A stretch of 64,000 bases of DNA from an uncultured Bacteroidales bacterium (GCA_963760915.1 CAVXEU010000005.1:256966-320965); one strand, 5' to 3'; shown: positions 28,639 through 40,018, counted from the first letter of the stretch. Translations and numbers: made by a program. Notes: a model not told the origin generated them from the letters alone.

Positions 28639-29879
28639 TCGTATCGTATAGCTTTTACAGGGGTGATCCTGCTTATAAGCTGCGAGGGTACAAGGAGCAT
28701 AATAATAATTGCGGCCATTGTTCCGAAGTTGAGCAGTAAAACATGTGAAAGTTCAAGATTTATGGGTACTGTCTTAATGTAATAAGAGGCTGGATCAAGA
28801 GTTATTAAACCGGTTTTAAGCTGAAGATATGAAAGTCCGACACCAAAAAGATTACCCCATAATAATCCTTTACCAATTAGATAAACAGCCTGATAAAGAA
28901 AAATTCTCCTTATTGTGGAATCTTCAGAACCAAGTGCTTTCAGGACACCTATCATATTTGTCTTTTCTAGGATCAGTATAAGAAGACCGGAAATCATATT
29001 GAAGCCGGCAACAACAAGCATAAGTATTATAATGATTATCACGTTTATATCCTGAAAATTAAGCCAGTCGAATATCTGAGGATATTTTGTCCTGATGTTG
29101 GTCACCTTATACTTGGTATCCTCCTCTGTAAGCCTGTAACCAATTGCATCTCTTACAGCCATTGTAAGGGCATCGAGTTTATCAAAATCATAAATGAATA
29201 TTTCAAATCCGCTCACCTGATCATCAGTCCAGCCATTGAGCCGTCTTATATGACCGATATCACAAAAGACATAGATTTTATCAAATTCTTCAAGGCTGGT
29301 TTCATAAATGCCGCTTACTGTAAATTTTCTGCTACGGGGAGGATCCTGGATAAAATACATTGCAAAAGAATCACCTGTTTTCAACCTGAGCATATCGGAG
29401 ATCTTTTTGGAAATGATCACTTTATCAGTTCGCCCCGTATCTGTTACCGTAAAAACAGACCCATCGACCATATTGCTTTTGAAGTATGTCCAGTCAAAAT
29501 CACTTCCAATGCCTTTCAGTACAACACCCTGGATCTCATCAGCAGTCCTTATTATCCCGGCTTTTGTCGCAAAAACCTGTACATGTTTAATACCGGGTAT
29601 CTTTTTGATAACAGACACAAATTTCTGGGTATCGCTTATAGGTGTAGTTTCAAGTGAGAGGTTCGAATCGAAGTTTGTGATCTGTATATTTGATCCAAAG
29701 CCAACAACCTTTTCCCTTATCTGTTGTTTGAAACCTGTTAGTATTGCAACCGCCAGAATCATTACTGCAAGGCCCATTGCAATTCCGATTATGGCAATCA
29801 CATTTATAGGACGTGAGAATGATGTGCCCTCGCGTCTTCCTTTAATTAATTTCTGAGCTACAAAATATGGAAAGTTCAT
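28635..29879 (-). CDS. LolC/LolE-family single-FtsX ABC permease
   Basis: 414 aa. Order: N-terminal TM, about 230-aa periplasmic domain, FtsX block (NMIGVLKALGSEDSTIRRIF). Tail ITPVKAIRYD. Confidence 0.8.
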   Translation of the reverse strand: MNFPYFVAQKLIKGRREGTSFSRPINVIAIIGIAMGLAVMILAVAILTGFKQQIREKVVGFGSNIQITNFDSNLSLETTPISDTQKFVSVIKKIPGIKHVQVFATKAGIIRTADEIQGVVLKGIGSDFDWTYFKSNMVDGSVFTVTDTGRTDKVIISKKISDMLRLKTGDSFAMYFIQDPPRSRKFTVSGIYETSLEEFDKIYVFCDIGHIRRLNGWTDDQVSGFEIFIYDFDKLDALTMAVRDAIGYRLTEEDTKYKVTNIRTKYPQIFDWLNFQDINVIIIIILMLVVAGFNMISGLLILILEKTNMIGVLKALGSEDSTIRRIFLYQAVYLIGKGLLWGNLFGVGLSYLQLKTGLITLDPASYYIKTVPINLELSHVLLLNFGTMAAIIIMLLVPSQLISRITPVKAIRYD

Positions 29880-29894
29880 CTTTTTACTGATTCA

Positions 29895-29902
29895 CAAATT
29901 TA
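29895..29902 (-). promoter_or_regulatory. Candidate -7 box (TAaaTTTG on minus strand) for the LolE-like gene
   Basis: Plus-strand caaattta, 15 nt upstream of the ATG at 29879. Confidence 0.25.
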
Positions 29903-30119
29903 AGAAAATAGATCATTCTTTTTCCCGGAGAGATATTTAAATGAAGAATAAGCCCTGAGAAGGATGTCTATATTTAATAAGATTTATGATGAATATTTTA
30001 AAAACTGCTTTACAAGTGGAAAAGGGAAGGTTATTTTTTCCGGATCTGACAGCAGAGATGAAGCATTGATTTGAAATAGAAAAATAATCATAGATTTACA
30101 TTTAAATTCAAATTGACGC

Positions 30120-31292
30120 ATGAAAAAATCTCTTTTTTTAATCACTTTCATTGCTTCGGTTATATCATCATTTACGCAATCTGTTGAAAAGAAAATACCG
30201 GTTCCCGGTTCATATCAGACAGGAATGTACCTCGGTCTGATTAATGGGAAATCAATCGCTGTTGCAGCAAATCAGACTTCCATGGTCGGGCAGGCACACC
30301 TTATTGATAATCTGGTAGCAAATGGGGTTAATATCAAAGTAATATTCGCACCTGAACACGGATTCAGAAATATGGCTGATGCAGGTGATCAGATTGAAAA
30401 TGGCAGAGATCCCGGTACGGGAATATCCATAATTAGTCTGTATGGTTCACATATGAAGCCCACTCCCGACGATCTCAGGGGCATTGATGTAGTAGTATTT
30501 GATATACAGGACGTTGGGGCAAGATTTTATACATACATATCAACACTTCATTTAATACTTGAATCATGTGCTGAGAACCATGTTAAGTGTATAGTTCTTG
30601 ACAGGCCTAATCCAAATGGCTTCTATACCGATGGAAATATTCCGGATACGGCCTATCGCTCTTTCGTAGGGATGGATCCGATACCGGTTGTGCATGGCAT
30701 GACTGTGGGAGAATATGCCCTTATGGCAAACGGAGAGGGATGGCTAAAAGGTGGAGTCAAATGTGACCTGACAGTTATTAAGTGTAAAAATTACACTCAT
30801 AATACTTTGTATGAACTGCCTGTAAGACCTTCGCCTAATTTACCAAACCAGACATCAGTATATCTTTATCCTTCGCTCTGTTTTTTTGAAGGGACTGTGA
30901 TCTCATGCGGAAGAGGCACTCAATTCCCTTTTCAGATATTTGGCAGTCCTGACCTTCCTCACAGCGGTTTTAGCTTTACTCCTGAAAGTGTTGCCGGCGC
31001 AAGAAATCCGCCACTGCTTGGTGTTAAATGTTACGGCATTGATCTCAGGGATGCAATAAAGAGGAAGGTTGTACCAGTGCCCAGACTTAATCTGGAATGG
31101 ATTATAGGGGCATATAATGAATTTCCGCAAAAGGATAAATTCTTTACTTCTTATTTTGATGTTCTTGCAGGTGGTCCAGTACTGAGAGAACAAATACAGA
31201 ATGGAATGACCGCCAGTCAGATACGTGATTCGTGGAAAGAAGGACTTGAGAAATTCTCCAAAATCAGAGAGAAGTATCTTCTATACAGATAA
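30120..31292 (+). CDS. DUF1343-family protein (NamZ-like exo-beta-N-acetylmuramidase family)
   Basis: Signal peptide. AANQTSMVG..., FAPEHGFRNMADAG and LDRPNPNG are characteristic DUF1343 blocks as I recall them. Confidence 0.75.
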   Translation: MKKSLFLITFIASVISSFTQSVEKKIPVPGSYQTGMYLGLINGKSIAVAANQTSMVGQAHLIDNLVANGVNIKVIFAPEHGFRNMADAGDQIENGRDPGTGISIISLYGSHMKPTPDDLRGIDVVVFDIQDVGARFYTYISTLHLILESCAENHVKCIVLDRPNPNGFYTDGNIPDTAYRSFVGMDPIPVVHGMTVGEYALMANGEGWLKGGVKCDLTVIKCKNYTHNTLYELPVRPSPNLPNQTSVYLYPSLCFFEGTVISCGRGTQFPFQIFGSPDLPHSGFSFTPESVAGARNPPLLGVKCYGIDLRDAIKRKVVPVPRLNLEWIIGAYNEFPQKDKFFTSYFDVLAGGPVLREQIQNGMTASQIRDSWKEGLEKFSKIREKYLLYR

Positions 31293-31361
31293 CCGGCTGC
31301 AGTATAAATTATTTTGAAGCCCATCGGGAGAGGAGGGGCTGCTGGTTCAAAGGTAAAACTT

Positions 31362-32558
31362 CTATACTCTTCCGGGGTAAACCTTAAGGGCTTCGGCAAG
31401 AATCATCATTGCCTGCCTGAGATCGTCTATTTTAAGAACATATGCGATGCGCACTTCATCTTTACCAAAACCAGGTGTTGAGTAAAAACCGGATGCAGGA
31501 GCGACCATAACTGTCTCATTATTATACTCAAATTCTTCAAGAAGCCACTGGGCGAATCTGTCAGCATCATCAACAGGAAGTCTTACTACGGTGTAGAATG
31601 CTCCTTTTGGTTTAGGACAATATACTCCCGGAATTTTATTAAGAGCCTCCACCATATAGTTTCTGCGGGCCGTATATTCTTTGTTAACATCCTTAAAGTA
31701 CTGGTCAGGAGTATCGATCGAAGCTTCACCTGCTATCTGTCCAAGTCCGGGAGGCGAGAGACGCGCCTGTGCAAATTTCATAGCAGTTGAAATGACCTGC
31801 TTGTTTTTTGTTATGAGTGCACCGATTCTTATCCCGCATTCGCTGTAACGTTTTGAAACAGAATCAAGAAGTATGACGTTATCTTCAATTCCTATAAGAT
31901 TCATCGCTGAAAAATGTTCAGCACCGTCATAGCAAAAGTCGCGGTACGCTTCATCAGAGAATAGAAACAAATCATGTTTTCTTACAATCTCTTTCAGGTG
32001 TTGAAGTTCTTCCCCTGAATATAGATATCCTGTAGGATTATTAGGATTGCATACAATTATACCTCTGGTTTTCTCATTGATCTTTTTTTCTATTTCATTA
32101 ATAGAAGGAAGAGCAAAATCATCTTTGATATATGATGTAACCGGAACGATTTTAATACCGGCAGTTGTTGCAAATCCATTATAATTTGCATAGAAAGGTT
32201 CCGGAGTTATTACTTCTTCACCTGGATTTATACATGACATAAATGCAAATAATATTGCCTCCGATCCTCCGGTAGTTATAAGCATTTCAGTATGATCAAT
32301 ATCAATGCCTATTGTATGGTAATATGCTGCAAGTTTGCGGCGATATGATTCATTACCTGCAGAATGGCTGTATTCCAGCACTTTAAGATCAATGTTCCGT
32401 AATGCATCAAGAGCAACCTCAGGAGTCGGGATATCAGGCTGACCTATATTGAGATGATAAACTTTTCTTCCTTTACGTTTTGCTTCCTCGGAATAGGGTA
32501 CGAGCTTTCTGATAGGTGATGAAGGCATCGCTTTTCCTTTGTTGGATATTGCTGGCAT
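31362..32558 (-). CDS. Pyridoxal-phosphate-dependent class I/II aminotransferase (aspartate/aromatic type)
   Basis: 398 aa. CNPNNPTG and the PLP-lysine motif SVSKRYSECGIRIGAL. Confidence 0.85.
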   Translation of the reverse strand: MPAISNKGKAMPSSPIRKLVPYSEEAKRKGRKVYHLNIGQPDIPTPEVALDALRNIDLKVLEYSHSAGNESYRRKLAAYYHTIGIDIDHTEMLITTGGSEAILFAFMSCINPGEEVITPEPFYANYNGFATTAGIKIVPVTSYIKDDFALPSINEIEKKINEKTRGIIVCNPNNPTGYLYSGEELQHLKEIVRKHDLFLFSDEAYRDFCYDGAEHFSAMNLIGIEDNVILLDSVSKRYSECGIRIGALITKNKQVISTAMKFAQARLSPPGLGQIAGEASIDTPDQYFKDVNKEYTARRNYMVEALNKIPGVYCPKPKGAFYTVVRLPVDDADRFAQWLLEEFEYNNETVMVAPASGFYSTPGFGKDEVRIAYVLKIDDLRQAMMILAEALKVYPGRV

Positions 32559-32593
32559 ATTTATAAGTTATAAGGATCTTAATAAACTGACGA

Positions 32594-32601
32594 CAAAAAT
32601 A
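32594..32601 (-). promoter_or_regulatory. Candidate -7 box (TAttTTTG on minus strand) for the aminotransferase gene
   Basis: Plus-strand caaaaata, 35 nt upstream of the ATG at 32558. Confidence 0.3.
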
Positions 32602-32679
32602 ATTAAATTATTTGAGTATCGGGAATCTGTAACAAAGAGTCATTTTGGGCTAAAGCCCGATTATCAGGACGACTTGCTC

Positions 32680-32862
32680 AGGGGCTGTCGAAAAAGACCT
32701 TTTTAACCGCAGAGAACGCAAATCGAAGCGAAGAGAAGATCCCGACCGAAGCGTCGGGAGTGCGCAAAGCACGCAAAGTTAAGACACTATAATTAAGCTC
32801 TTTGCGTACCGATAGCTATCGGTATTTGCGGTTAATGGATTTCGACTTTTTCAACAGCCCCT
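32680..32862. repeat. MITE-like / REP-like palindromic intergenic element (about 183 bp)
   Basis: Terminal inverted repeats aggggctgtcgaaaaag (left) and ctttttcaacagcccct (right), 16 of 17. Subterminal inverted repeat ttaaccgca / tgcggttaa. Internal hairpin cccgac-cgaagc-gtcggg (32741-32758), a perfect 18-nt palindrome taccgatagctatcggta (32807-32824) and repeated cgcaaag motifs. Confidence 0.6.
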
Positions 32863-33094
32863 ATTAATAATCTTCCCTTAATTGATTATGGGATTCCCCG
32901 CTGAAGCCCGGAATGGCGGGCCATTATTCGGAGCTGATAATACAGAAAGCAGACAGTTTTTAAAAGTTACATCTTCGTGCGGCACTTAATAAATGGTATT
33001 CATATCCGGTATTTTGAAAATGAATACAAGATCCTTTTTGAATGTAACAGCCGACCTTTTTAGATTTGCATTCACCTTATGTAATGAATTTTTG

Positions 33095-33102
33095 TAATTT
33101 TG
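33095..33102 (+). promoter_or_regulatory. Candidate -7 box (TAatTTTG) for valS
   Basis: Exact TAnnTTTG match 36 nt upstream of the ATG at 33139. The nearest TTTG (33065-33068) lies 26 nt upstream, longer than the canonical spacing. Confidence 0.3.
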
Positions 33103-33138
33103 CAGTTCATTTATTTTAGATAAAACCATCAACATAAT

Positions 33139-35772
33139 ATGGATATTCCTTCAAAGTACGAGCCCGGGAAAGCCGAGAACAGATGGTATGGTTACTGGAT
33201 GGACCACGGATTTTTCAAGAGCACTCCCGACAACAGAGAACCTTACACAATTGTTATTCCACCTCCAAATGTCACAGGTGTTCTTCATATGGGTCATATG
33301 CTCAACAATACTATTCAGGATGTCCTGGTGCGTCGTGCAAGGATGCAGGGTAAAAACGCCTGCTGGGTTCCGGGTACTGATCATGCATCAATAGCTACCG
33401 AGGCAAAAGTTGTAGCGAAGCTTAAAGTGGAAGGTATTGAAAAGCGCGATCTTACCAGAGAAGAATTCCTCGGACATGCCTGGGATTGGACCAATAAACA
33501 TGGTGGAATTATTCTTGAGCAGCTAAAAAGGCTTGGTGCTTCCTGTGACTGGGATCGAACCCTATTCACCATGGATGAAAAGAGATATGACTCTGTAATA
33601 AAGGTATTTGTCGATTTGTATAATAAAGGGCTTATTTACAGAGGAGTAAGGATGGTGAACTGGGATCCTCAGGCAATGACTGCAGTTTCTGATGAGGAAG
33701 TTAATTATACCGATGAAAAATCAAAGCTTTATTATGTCCGGTATAAGATAGTAGGAGAGGATGGTTATGTAACGGTTGCAACAACCCGCCCTGAAACAAT
33801 ACTGGGTGATACAGCTGTCTGTGCAAATCCGAAGGATGAGAGGTATAAGCATCTGAAAGGGAAGAAGGTCATTGTTCCGATGGCCAACCGCGAGGTTCCT
33901 TTTATATTCGACAGCTATGTTGACCCGGAGTTTGGTACTGGTTGCCTTAAAATAACTCCTGCTCATGATATTAATGATTATGAGATCGGTCTCAGGCATA
34001 AATTAACGTCTATTGATGTGTTTAACGCAGATGGCACAATCAGTCGGGAAGCAGGAATGTTTGTCGGGATTGACAGGTTTAAAGCTAAAGAGCTTTCTGA
34101 AACGGAGTTACTAAAATCCGGCGATCTGGTGAAAGTGGAAGCTTATAATAATAAGATAGGCCGATCGGAACGTACAAATGCGGTTATTGAACCAAGATTA
34201 TCATTGCAGTGGTTCCTGAAGATGAAGGAGCTTTCAAAGCCTGCCCTGTCTTCCGTATTGGATGATGATGTGAGGATTTATCCGGCAAAATTCAAGAATC
34301 TTTACCGACACTGGATGGAGAATGTGCGGGACTGGTGCATAAGCCGTCAGTTGTGGTGGGGACACAGAATCCCTGCATGGTATTATAATGATAACGAATT
34401 TGTTGTAGCAGGGAATATTTCAGAGGCAATTGATCTTGCAAGGAAGAAAAGTAACAATTATTCGTTAACTGAAAACGATCTTCACCAGGACGAGGATGTG
34501 CTGGACACATGGTTTTCATCGTGGTTATGGCCGATAACAGCCTTTGACGGTATCAATAACCGGGATAATCCTGATATAAAATATTATTATCCAACAAATG
34601 ATCTTATCACTGCACCTGAGATTCTGTTTTTCTGGGTAGCTCGTATGATAATTGCCGGCTATGAATACCGCGGGCAAAAACCTTTCAATAATGTATATCT
34701 TACAGGACTCGTTCGTGATCAGCAGCGACGAAAGATGTCAAAATCGCTGGGAAACTCTCCGGAGCCTCTTGAACTAATTGAAAAATACGGGGCTGACGGG
34801 GTAAGAGTTGGAATGCTTTTGTGTTCACCGGCTGGTAATGACCTATTATATGAGGACAGTCTGCCTGAGCAGGGACGAAATTTTGCAAATAAAATCTGGA
34901 ATGCATTCAGGCTGGTAAAAAGCTGGAATATTGATAATAAAATTGAACAGCCGGATTCTTCTAAAGTTGCAGTGGAGTGGATGGAAGAGGTTATCAGGAA
35001 ATCCATAAACGAGATTGACAGGAACTTCAGGAAATTCAGGATTTCAGAGGCTCTGATGATAGCATACAGATTATTCTGGGATGAATTTTCGGGCTGGTAT
35101 CTCGAGATCATCAAACCTGAATATCAGAAACCGATTGATATGATAACTTATGAAGCAACTGTATCTGTATTTGACAGGCTCCTAAAGATAATCCATCCCT
35201 TTATGCCATTCATTACTGAGGAGATATGGCAGTTACTGCTCGAGAGAAAAGATGGTGAAAGCCTCATGGTTACCATGATGCCTGAGCCTGAAAAATTCAA
35301 AAGTGAAGTGGCTGACCTATTTGAGTCGGTTAAAGAAACAGTCAGCATGTTAAGAACTGCCAGGAAAAACAAGAATATTGCAAATAAGGAAAGCCTGGTT
35401 CTTCTTATCAGATCTGACGAGGATAATTTTTCAAATCGGTTTTTTCCGGTAATTACCAAATTATGTAATTTATCGGAGATATCATTCGTTTCTGAAAAAC
35501 CTGAGGGAGCTGCCTCATTTATGGTAGGTACAACAGAATATTTTATTCCTATGGGGGGTAAACTTGATGTTGAAAGTGAACTTGCCAGGATTATGGAGGA
35601 ACTCGAATATCACCTGGGATTTTTGAAATCAGTGGACAAAAAACTTGAAAATGAGCGTTTTATACAGAATGCTCCTTCCAGAGTACTCGAGCTGGAAAGA
35701 AAGAAAAAAAGCGATGCTGAGATGAAAATTAGATCGCTGGAGGAAAGATTGAAGGAGTTGAAAAGTCTGTAA
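33139..35772 (+). CDS. valS: Valine--tRNA ligase
   Basis: 877 aa. HIGH-type motif [18 protein letters not shown] motif present ([10 protein letters not shown]) and a C-terminal coiled coil. Confidence 0.95.
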   Translation: MDIPSKYEPGKAENRWYGYWMDHGFFKSTPDNREPYTIVIPPPNVTGVLHMGHMLNNTIQDVLVRRARMQGKNACWVPGTDHASIATEAKVVAKLKVEGIEKRDLTREEFLGHAWDWTNKHGGIILEQLKRLGASCDWDRTLFTMDEKRYDSVIKVFVDLYNKGLIYRGVRMVNWDPQAMTAVSDEEVNYTDEKSKLYYVRYKIVGEDGYVTVATTRPETILGDTAVCANPKDERYKHLKGKKVIVPMANREVPFIFDSYVDPEFGTGCLKITPAHDINDYEIGLRHKLTSIDVFNADGTISREAGMFVGIDRFKAKELSETELLKSGDLVKVEAYNNKIGRSERTNAVIEPRLSLQWFLKMKELSKPALSSVLDDDVRIYPAKFKNLYRHWMENVRDWCISRQLWWGHRIPAWYYNDNEFVVAGNISEAIDLARKKSNNYSLTENDLHQDEDVLDTWFSSWLWPITAFDGINNRDNPDIKYYYPTNDLITAPEILFFWVARMIIAGYEYRGQKPFNNVYLTGLVRDQQRRKMSKSLGNSPEPLELIEKYGADGVRVGMLLCSPAGNDLLYEDSLPEQGRNFANKIWNAFRLVKSWNIDNKIEQPDSSKVAVEWMEEVIRKSINEIDRNFRKFRISEALMIAYRLFWDEFSGWYLEIIKPEYQKPIDMITYEATVSVFDRLLKIIHPFMPFITEEIWQLLLERKDGESLMVTMMPEPEKFKSEVADLFESVKETVSMLRTARKNKNIANKESLVLLIRSDEDNFSNRFFPVITKLCNLSEISFVSEKPEGAASFMVGTTEYFIPMGGKLDVESELARIMEELEYHLGFLKSVDKKLENERFIQNAPSRVLELERKKKSDAEMKIRSLEERLKELKSL

Positions 35773-35779
35773 ATAAATA

Positions 35780-37081
35780 TTACGGTCTTAGCTTCCTGAC
35801 AAAATAATTCTGTTCAACAGGGATTACCTCCCACTCCGGGTTAAGCATAAGGTGCCATCCTTCACCCGTAATCCTGTTTTTATCTGCTTTATATCCCTTT
35901 GCGGTAATTCTGATATATTTGAAATTATTTGAAACCAGACAACCGCCTTTTTCAACAGTTAATTTCCCCCAGTTATCAGACACTCTCATTGAGTTATAAA
36001 TCGTGCCCAGCGTGTCGAGTGAATGGATATCTTCTGGTTCATAGTCAAAATACGGACTTTCCAGTTCTATGTACACAACAGGTTTTTCAGTAAATGTGCT
36101 GGTCCGTCTGTGAATATTATCTTTAATACTTGCAACCCTTTTCTCCTCTTCCCTGTTTATAACATCAATATCGTAATTAACCGCAAGACTTCCTGCAACA
36201 TCTCTGCAGATTAAGGGCAACTCTATATTATAAAGTTCTTTTACAGCATTCCCCAAATCAAAACTATCGGTTTTGATTGTTTGAAAGTCAAATCCTTTAT
36301 CGTGCAGCAAGGTTGCATACAATGCACCATGAATGAATCCGTAAGATCTTGCATATGATTGCATTGAATAAATCCTGTCGAGATTTTCGAAAAGCTTCGA
36401 TTTGAAATCCTCCGGTGAATTGGTACAAAGAAGGGTATATGTAAAAGTGGCAAGGCCTTCATACGTCTCGAAACGGGTTTCATCGTATGCATATTTGGGA
36501 TAGAGCTCCCTGTTGGAACCTCTGAAAATAAGTGCATCCCTTATTGCAAGATGTCGCTCTTCACCTTCGGAATTAATTGCTTTTCGTAAAGCTTTCCATT
36601 CAAGTTTTATCCACAATCTGGCCTCCTTTTCATCCATATTGTTCGTGTTGAAACTGGCTGGCATAATTCCTTCAGATTCCTGGAATCGATGAAAAAGGCT
36701 GTGAATTGCCCTGGTTTCAATCCTGTAAGCTTCTTCCTCAGCCGGCAGTGCAGCCATTGCAAACTGTGCTCCTCCAAATTTTACAGGAGCATTATTTATC
36801 AGGAGTTCTTTGGGATACAATCCTGTATAAATACCTTCATTACCTTTGAGGAGACCCTCCTTATCAGGTGTGTTTGATACAATCCTTCTGCTGGTGCGGT
36901 CAACAATCATTATCGGGCCGTAGAGGTTTTTTCCCCACAGGTTACCATTATCGCGATTGCAGTTATCCTCAATTGTCTTAAAATACAAGGCTGCTTTATC
37001 AGGTGTAAAATATGTTTGAGTCTTCTCTCCCTGACAACTTATTAGAAACAGGAAGATCGGGATGTATATCCAATTTTTCAT
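35780..37081 (-). CDS. Hypothetical lipoprotein
   Basis: Long ORF. I prefer the ATG at 37081 (MKNWIYIPIFLFLISCQGEK, a lipobox) over the upstream start at 37132. No family recognised. Confidence 0.6.
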   Translation of the reverse strand: MKNWIYIPIFLFLISCQGEKTQTYFTPDKAALYFKTIEDNCNRDNGNLWGKNLYGPIMIVDRTSRRIVSNTPDKEGLLKGNEGIYTGLYPKELLINNAPVKFGGAQFAMAALPAEEEAYRIETRAIHSLFHRFQESEGIMPASFNTNNMDEKEARLWIKLEWKALRKAINSEGEERHLAIRDALIFRGSNRELYPKYAYDETRFETYEGLATFTYTLLCTNSPEDFKSKLFENLDRIYSMQSYARSYGFIHGALYATLLHDKGFDFQTIKTDSFDLGNAVKELYNIELPLICRDVAGSLAVNYDIDVINREEEKRVASIKDNIHRRTSTFTEKPVVYIELESPYFDYEPEDIHSLDTLGTIYNSMRVSDNWGKLTVEKGGCLVSNNFKYIRITAKGYKADKNRITGEGWHLMLNPEWEVIPVEQNYFVRKLRP

Positions 37082-37471
37082 TCTGTCCGGTTTGTCGGCC
37101 CGAAAGTAATGAAAAATATTGCAAATATTCAAACCTTATATAAGCGAAGTCAAATCCAGGCACTTTCCGGTTTATTTCATGACCCGGGTTATTTTATAAA
37201 AGTAATTCAGGAGGGATTAATGATTTTTTTGAGGCTAAGTTCGTGCAGGACATGGAGATACTAAAGCCTGCAGAGTTCAAATTTGTATATGTTTCTTACT
37301 GGTAATCTGCTGATTGTATTCCTGATAATATGAGGTTATTTTGAAGAGATGGAATTCTTCTACCCGGAGTAATTGATAAGATTCCTAAAAAAATTTAGTC
37401 ATTTGATGACAAGGGGCTAAGTGAAAAACTGGCCGGCAGAAGTGATGAGATAGGTCAGCTCATAAGGCAGT

Positions 37472-38407
37472 TTATTCACTACGGCTGACAATAAGAACTT
37501 TTTCACTGCCTTCAGCATGTGCTGCTTTTATACTGACATTCAGTTCAAATCCGATAAGAATGGCAATTGAATTAAGGTACAACCAGATAAGAATAACCAT
37601 AAGAGTTCCAATTGAGCCATATAGTTTATTGTACTGCCCGAAATTATTTACGTATGCTGAAAATCCAAGAGAAGTAAGAATAAAAAGCATTGTTGCAAGA
37701 GTTGAGCCGGGAGAGAAAAATCTAAAGTCAGTTCGTTTGGCCGGCGCAAGATAATATAAAAATGAAATAGCAAGAAAGAGCAGAGGAATGATCAGAATCC
37801 ACTTAAGAAAGGTCAGCAGGTAAATAACCAGATTCCTTTCGATTAACTGGCGCTCCAATAACTGGTTCATCAGCATCTTTCCAGAGATCACCAGAAACCC
37901 TGCTGCGGAGATCATGAAAACAACTATTAAAAGCAATACAATCGAAATTTTCCGCTGGTTAATCCATGATCTTCTTTTAAAGGAATGTGCCGAGACAACG
38001 AAAGCATGAATAACTGCATGAATTCCATTTGTTGAGAAAATGACTGTTGCAACAAACATGATCAGAAGCAGCCCCCCGCTCTTATTTGTAACTACATCTA
38101 TAATAGTTGTTTCCAGAAAATTGAAAGCATTTGCAGGAAGAATATTCTCAAAAAGTCTGATCAGCTCCTCCTGGAAGTTAGGAATCGGAACAAATGGTAT
38201 CAGCGCAAAAAGAAAAATTGAAGCAGGAAGCAAGGCCATTAGGAGATTAAAGGCAATTGAGGATGCCCTGGTTACAAGCACTCCTTTGGTGAAACCTTTA
38301 ATTATGAAGGTAATTACATGGCTTATTGGCACACCGTCAAATCCAGGCAATACCAGTTTCTTAATCCTCTCCTTACCATTGAAAGCTGCAACTTCCTTTA
38401 GGTTCAT
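37472..38407 (-). CDS. YihY/BrkB-family membrane protein
   Basis: 311 aa. RASSIAFNLLMALLPASIFLFALIPF and about 6 TM segments are typical of YihY (formerly called RNase BN). Confidence 0.75.
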   Translation of the reverse strand: MNLKEVAAFNGKERIKKLVLPGFDGVPISHVITFIIKGFTKGVLVTRASSIAFNLLMALLPASIFLFALIPFVPIPNFQEELIRLFENILPANAFNFLETTIIDVVTNKSGGLLLIMFVATVIFSTNGIHAVIHAFVVSAHSFKRRSWINQRKISIVLLLIVVFMISAAGFLVISGKMLMNQLLERQLIERNLVIYLLTFLKWILIIPLLFLAISFLYYLAPAKRTDFRFFSPGSTLATMLFILTSLGFSAYVNNFGQYNKLYGSIGTLMVILIWLYLNSIAILIGFELNVSIKAAHAEGSEKVLIVSRSE

Positions 38408-38410
38408 TGG

Positions 38411-39265
38411 TTATATAGCTTTAAGGCTCATATCCAGGCTGGTGATATGGTGCGTAAGTGCACCCACAGAAATAAAATCCACACCACATTCAGCATACGA
38501 TCTTATTGTAGCCAGAGTTATCCCTCCTGAGGATTCTGTTTCGTACCTGCCGGAAATAATTTTTACTGCAGAAAGAGTCTCATCAACGTTGAAATTGTCC
38601 AGCATAATACGATCAATTTTACCTACAGCAAGAATGGTTTTTACATCCTCAAGGCTTCTTGCTTCAATTTCGACTTTAAGATTCAATTTGTTTTTTTTAA
38701 GATAGTCATGGGTTCTGGTAATTGCCTTCTCAATCCCACCGGCATAATCAATATGATTATCCTTAAGCATGATCATATCATATAATCCCATTCTGTGATT
38801 CATTCCTCCACCTAACCTTACAGCTTCTTTCTCAAGGAATCTCATTCCCGGAGTGGTCTTTCGGGTATCAAGAATTTTGGTCCGAAGTCCTTCCAATTGC
38901 ATTGCATATTCATGTGTGCTGGTAGCAATACCACTCATCCTTTGCATAACATTGAGAACCAGTCGTTCCGACTTCAGAATTGACTGATCCGGCCCTGAAA
39001 GGAAGAACGCAATATCACCGGGTTCCACAACGGATCCATCATTTAAGAGAACATCGAATTTTAAGTCTTTATCAATTACAGAAAAGAATTCACCTGCTAC
39101 CCTTATTCCTGCAAGTATTCCTTTTTCTTTTATAAGCAGTTTTGCTTTACCTGAAGACTTTTCTGGTATGCATGCCAGTGAAGAATGATCACCATCCCCT
39201 AAATCCTCAGCGAGAACTCTCAGTATGAATTCCCTGAGAACATTATTTTCCATTGTCAGATTCAA
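38411..39265 (-). CDS. nadC: Nicotinate-nucleotide diphosphorylase (carboxylating)
   Basis: 284 aa. DTRKTTPG, MLKDNH, MLDNF and ESSGGIT blocks of quinolinate phosphoribosyltransferase. Confidence 0.9.
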   Translation of the reverse strand: MNLTMENNVLREFILRVLAEDLGDGDHSSLACIPEKSSGKAKLLIKEKGILAGIRVAGEFFSVIDKDLKFDVLLNDGSVVEPGDIAFFLSGPDQSILKSERLVLNVMQRMSGIATSTHEYAMQLEGLRTKILDTRKTTPGMRFLEKEAVRLGGGMNHRMGLYDMIMLKDNHIDYAGGIEKAITRTHDYLKKNKLNLKVEIEARSLEDVKTILAVGKIDRIMLDNFNVDETLSAVKIISGRYETESSGGITLATIRSYAECGVDFISVGALTHHITSLDMSLKAI

Positions 39266-39647
39266 TACGAATTTGATAAATAAGTAATTCCTGACCGACT
39301 TTCTTAAGAAGAAAATATACCCGGAAATCCCCTTTCGCGGTCTTCAGATTGCCTATTGCATACTGAGCATCATTTTTTGCACCCTGGTGCCTGATATTAA
39401 AATCCCTGGTCTGGTATTCATTGAAAAAATCTTTCAGGATTGTCTCAGCTACATTCTTTTTGTAGAAATCTTCTTTATCCAGAAGTAGAAGCTCGATCGT
39501 TGAATTCATGTACTTTGATAATTCAGCAGCATTCCCAGCCTTTATGGCAATTGAAATTCCACCGGGTATTTTCGCCTCATCCTGTGCAGTGACAGTGATA
39601 CTGCACATGGCTATAAATATTACCGGAATAATACTTAAGGATTTCAT
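39243..39647 (-). CDS. DUF4783-like secreted protein
   Basis: 134 aa with a signal peptide. Its pattern resembles the small family commonly found next to nadC in Bacteroidota. It overlaps the nadC start by 23 nt. Confidence 0.55.
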   Translation of the reverse strand: MKSLSIIPVIFIAMCSITVTAQDEAKIPGGISIAIKAGNAAELSKYMNSTIELLLLDKEDFYKKNVAETILKDFFNEYQTRDFNIRHQGAKNDAQYAIGNLKTAKGDFRVYFLLKKVGQELLIYQIRIESDNGK

Positions 39648-39692
39648 TTCAATTAATTTTAATTATTGCCGACCATTATAAGAAATACAATA

Positions 39693-39700
39693 CAAATTTA
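39693..39700 (-). promoter_or_regulatory. Candidate -7 box (TAaaTTTG on minus strand) for the DUF4783-nadC-yihY operon
   Basis: Plus-strand caaattta, 45 nt upstream of the ATG at 39647. Confidence 0.3.
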
Positions 39701-39966
39701 ATACAATTTGAATAAGATATCCTTCGGGAAACGATCAATCTCATTATAAATACTGAGCAACAATTATCGGGCCACATATCAACGCCCTCATACGGAGGCC
39801 ATTTTCCACAGAGACTAATTTTACTCTACTGGTTCTAAATTACAGAAAAATAGGGTATTAGTCTTAAGTATCAGAACTGATATCTGCCTGATTCATTATA
39901 TATAATAATTGATATGGACAGCATTTACTTTGCTGTGAAAAGATCTTTTTAAGAAGTTTTAATTGC

Positions 39967-39974
39967 TATTTTTG
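39967..39974 (+). promoter_or_regulatory. Candidate -7 box (TAttTTTG) for rlmH
   Basis: Exact TAnnTTTG match 44 nt upstream of the ATG at 40019. Confidence 0.3.
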
Positions 39975-40018
39975 CAGATACCGGGCAGATCGGTTATGAA
40001 AAAGAGCAGGCACTTTCT

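Noticed and set aside
29660-29670. ggttcgaatcg, resembling a tRNA T-loop
   Set aside because: The flanks do not form a T-stem or acceptor stem, and the motif lies inside the LolE-like coding sequence.
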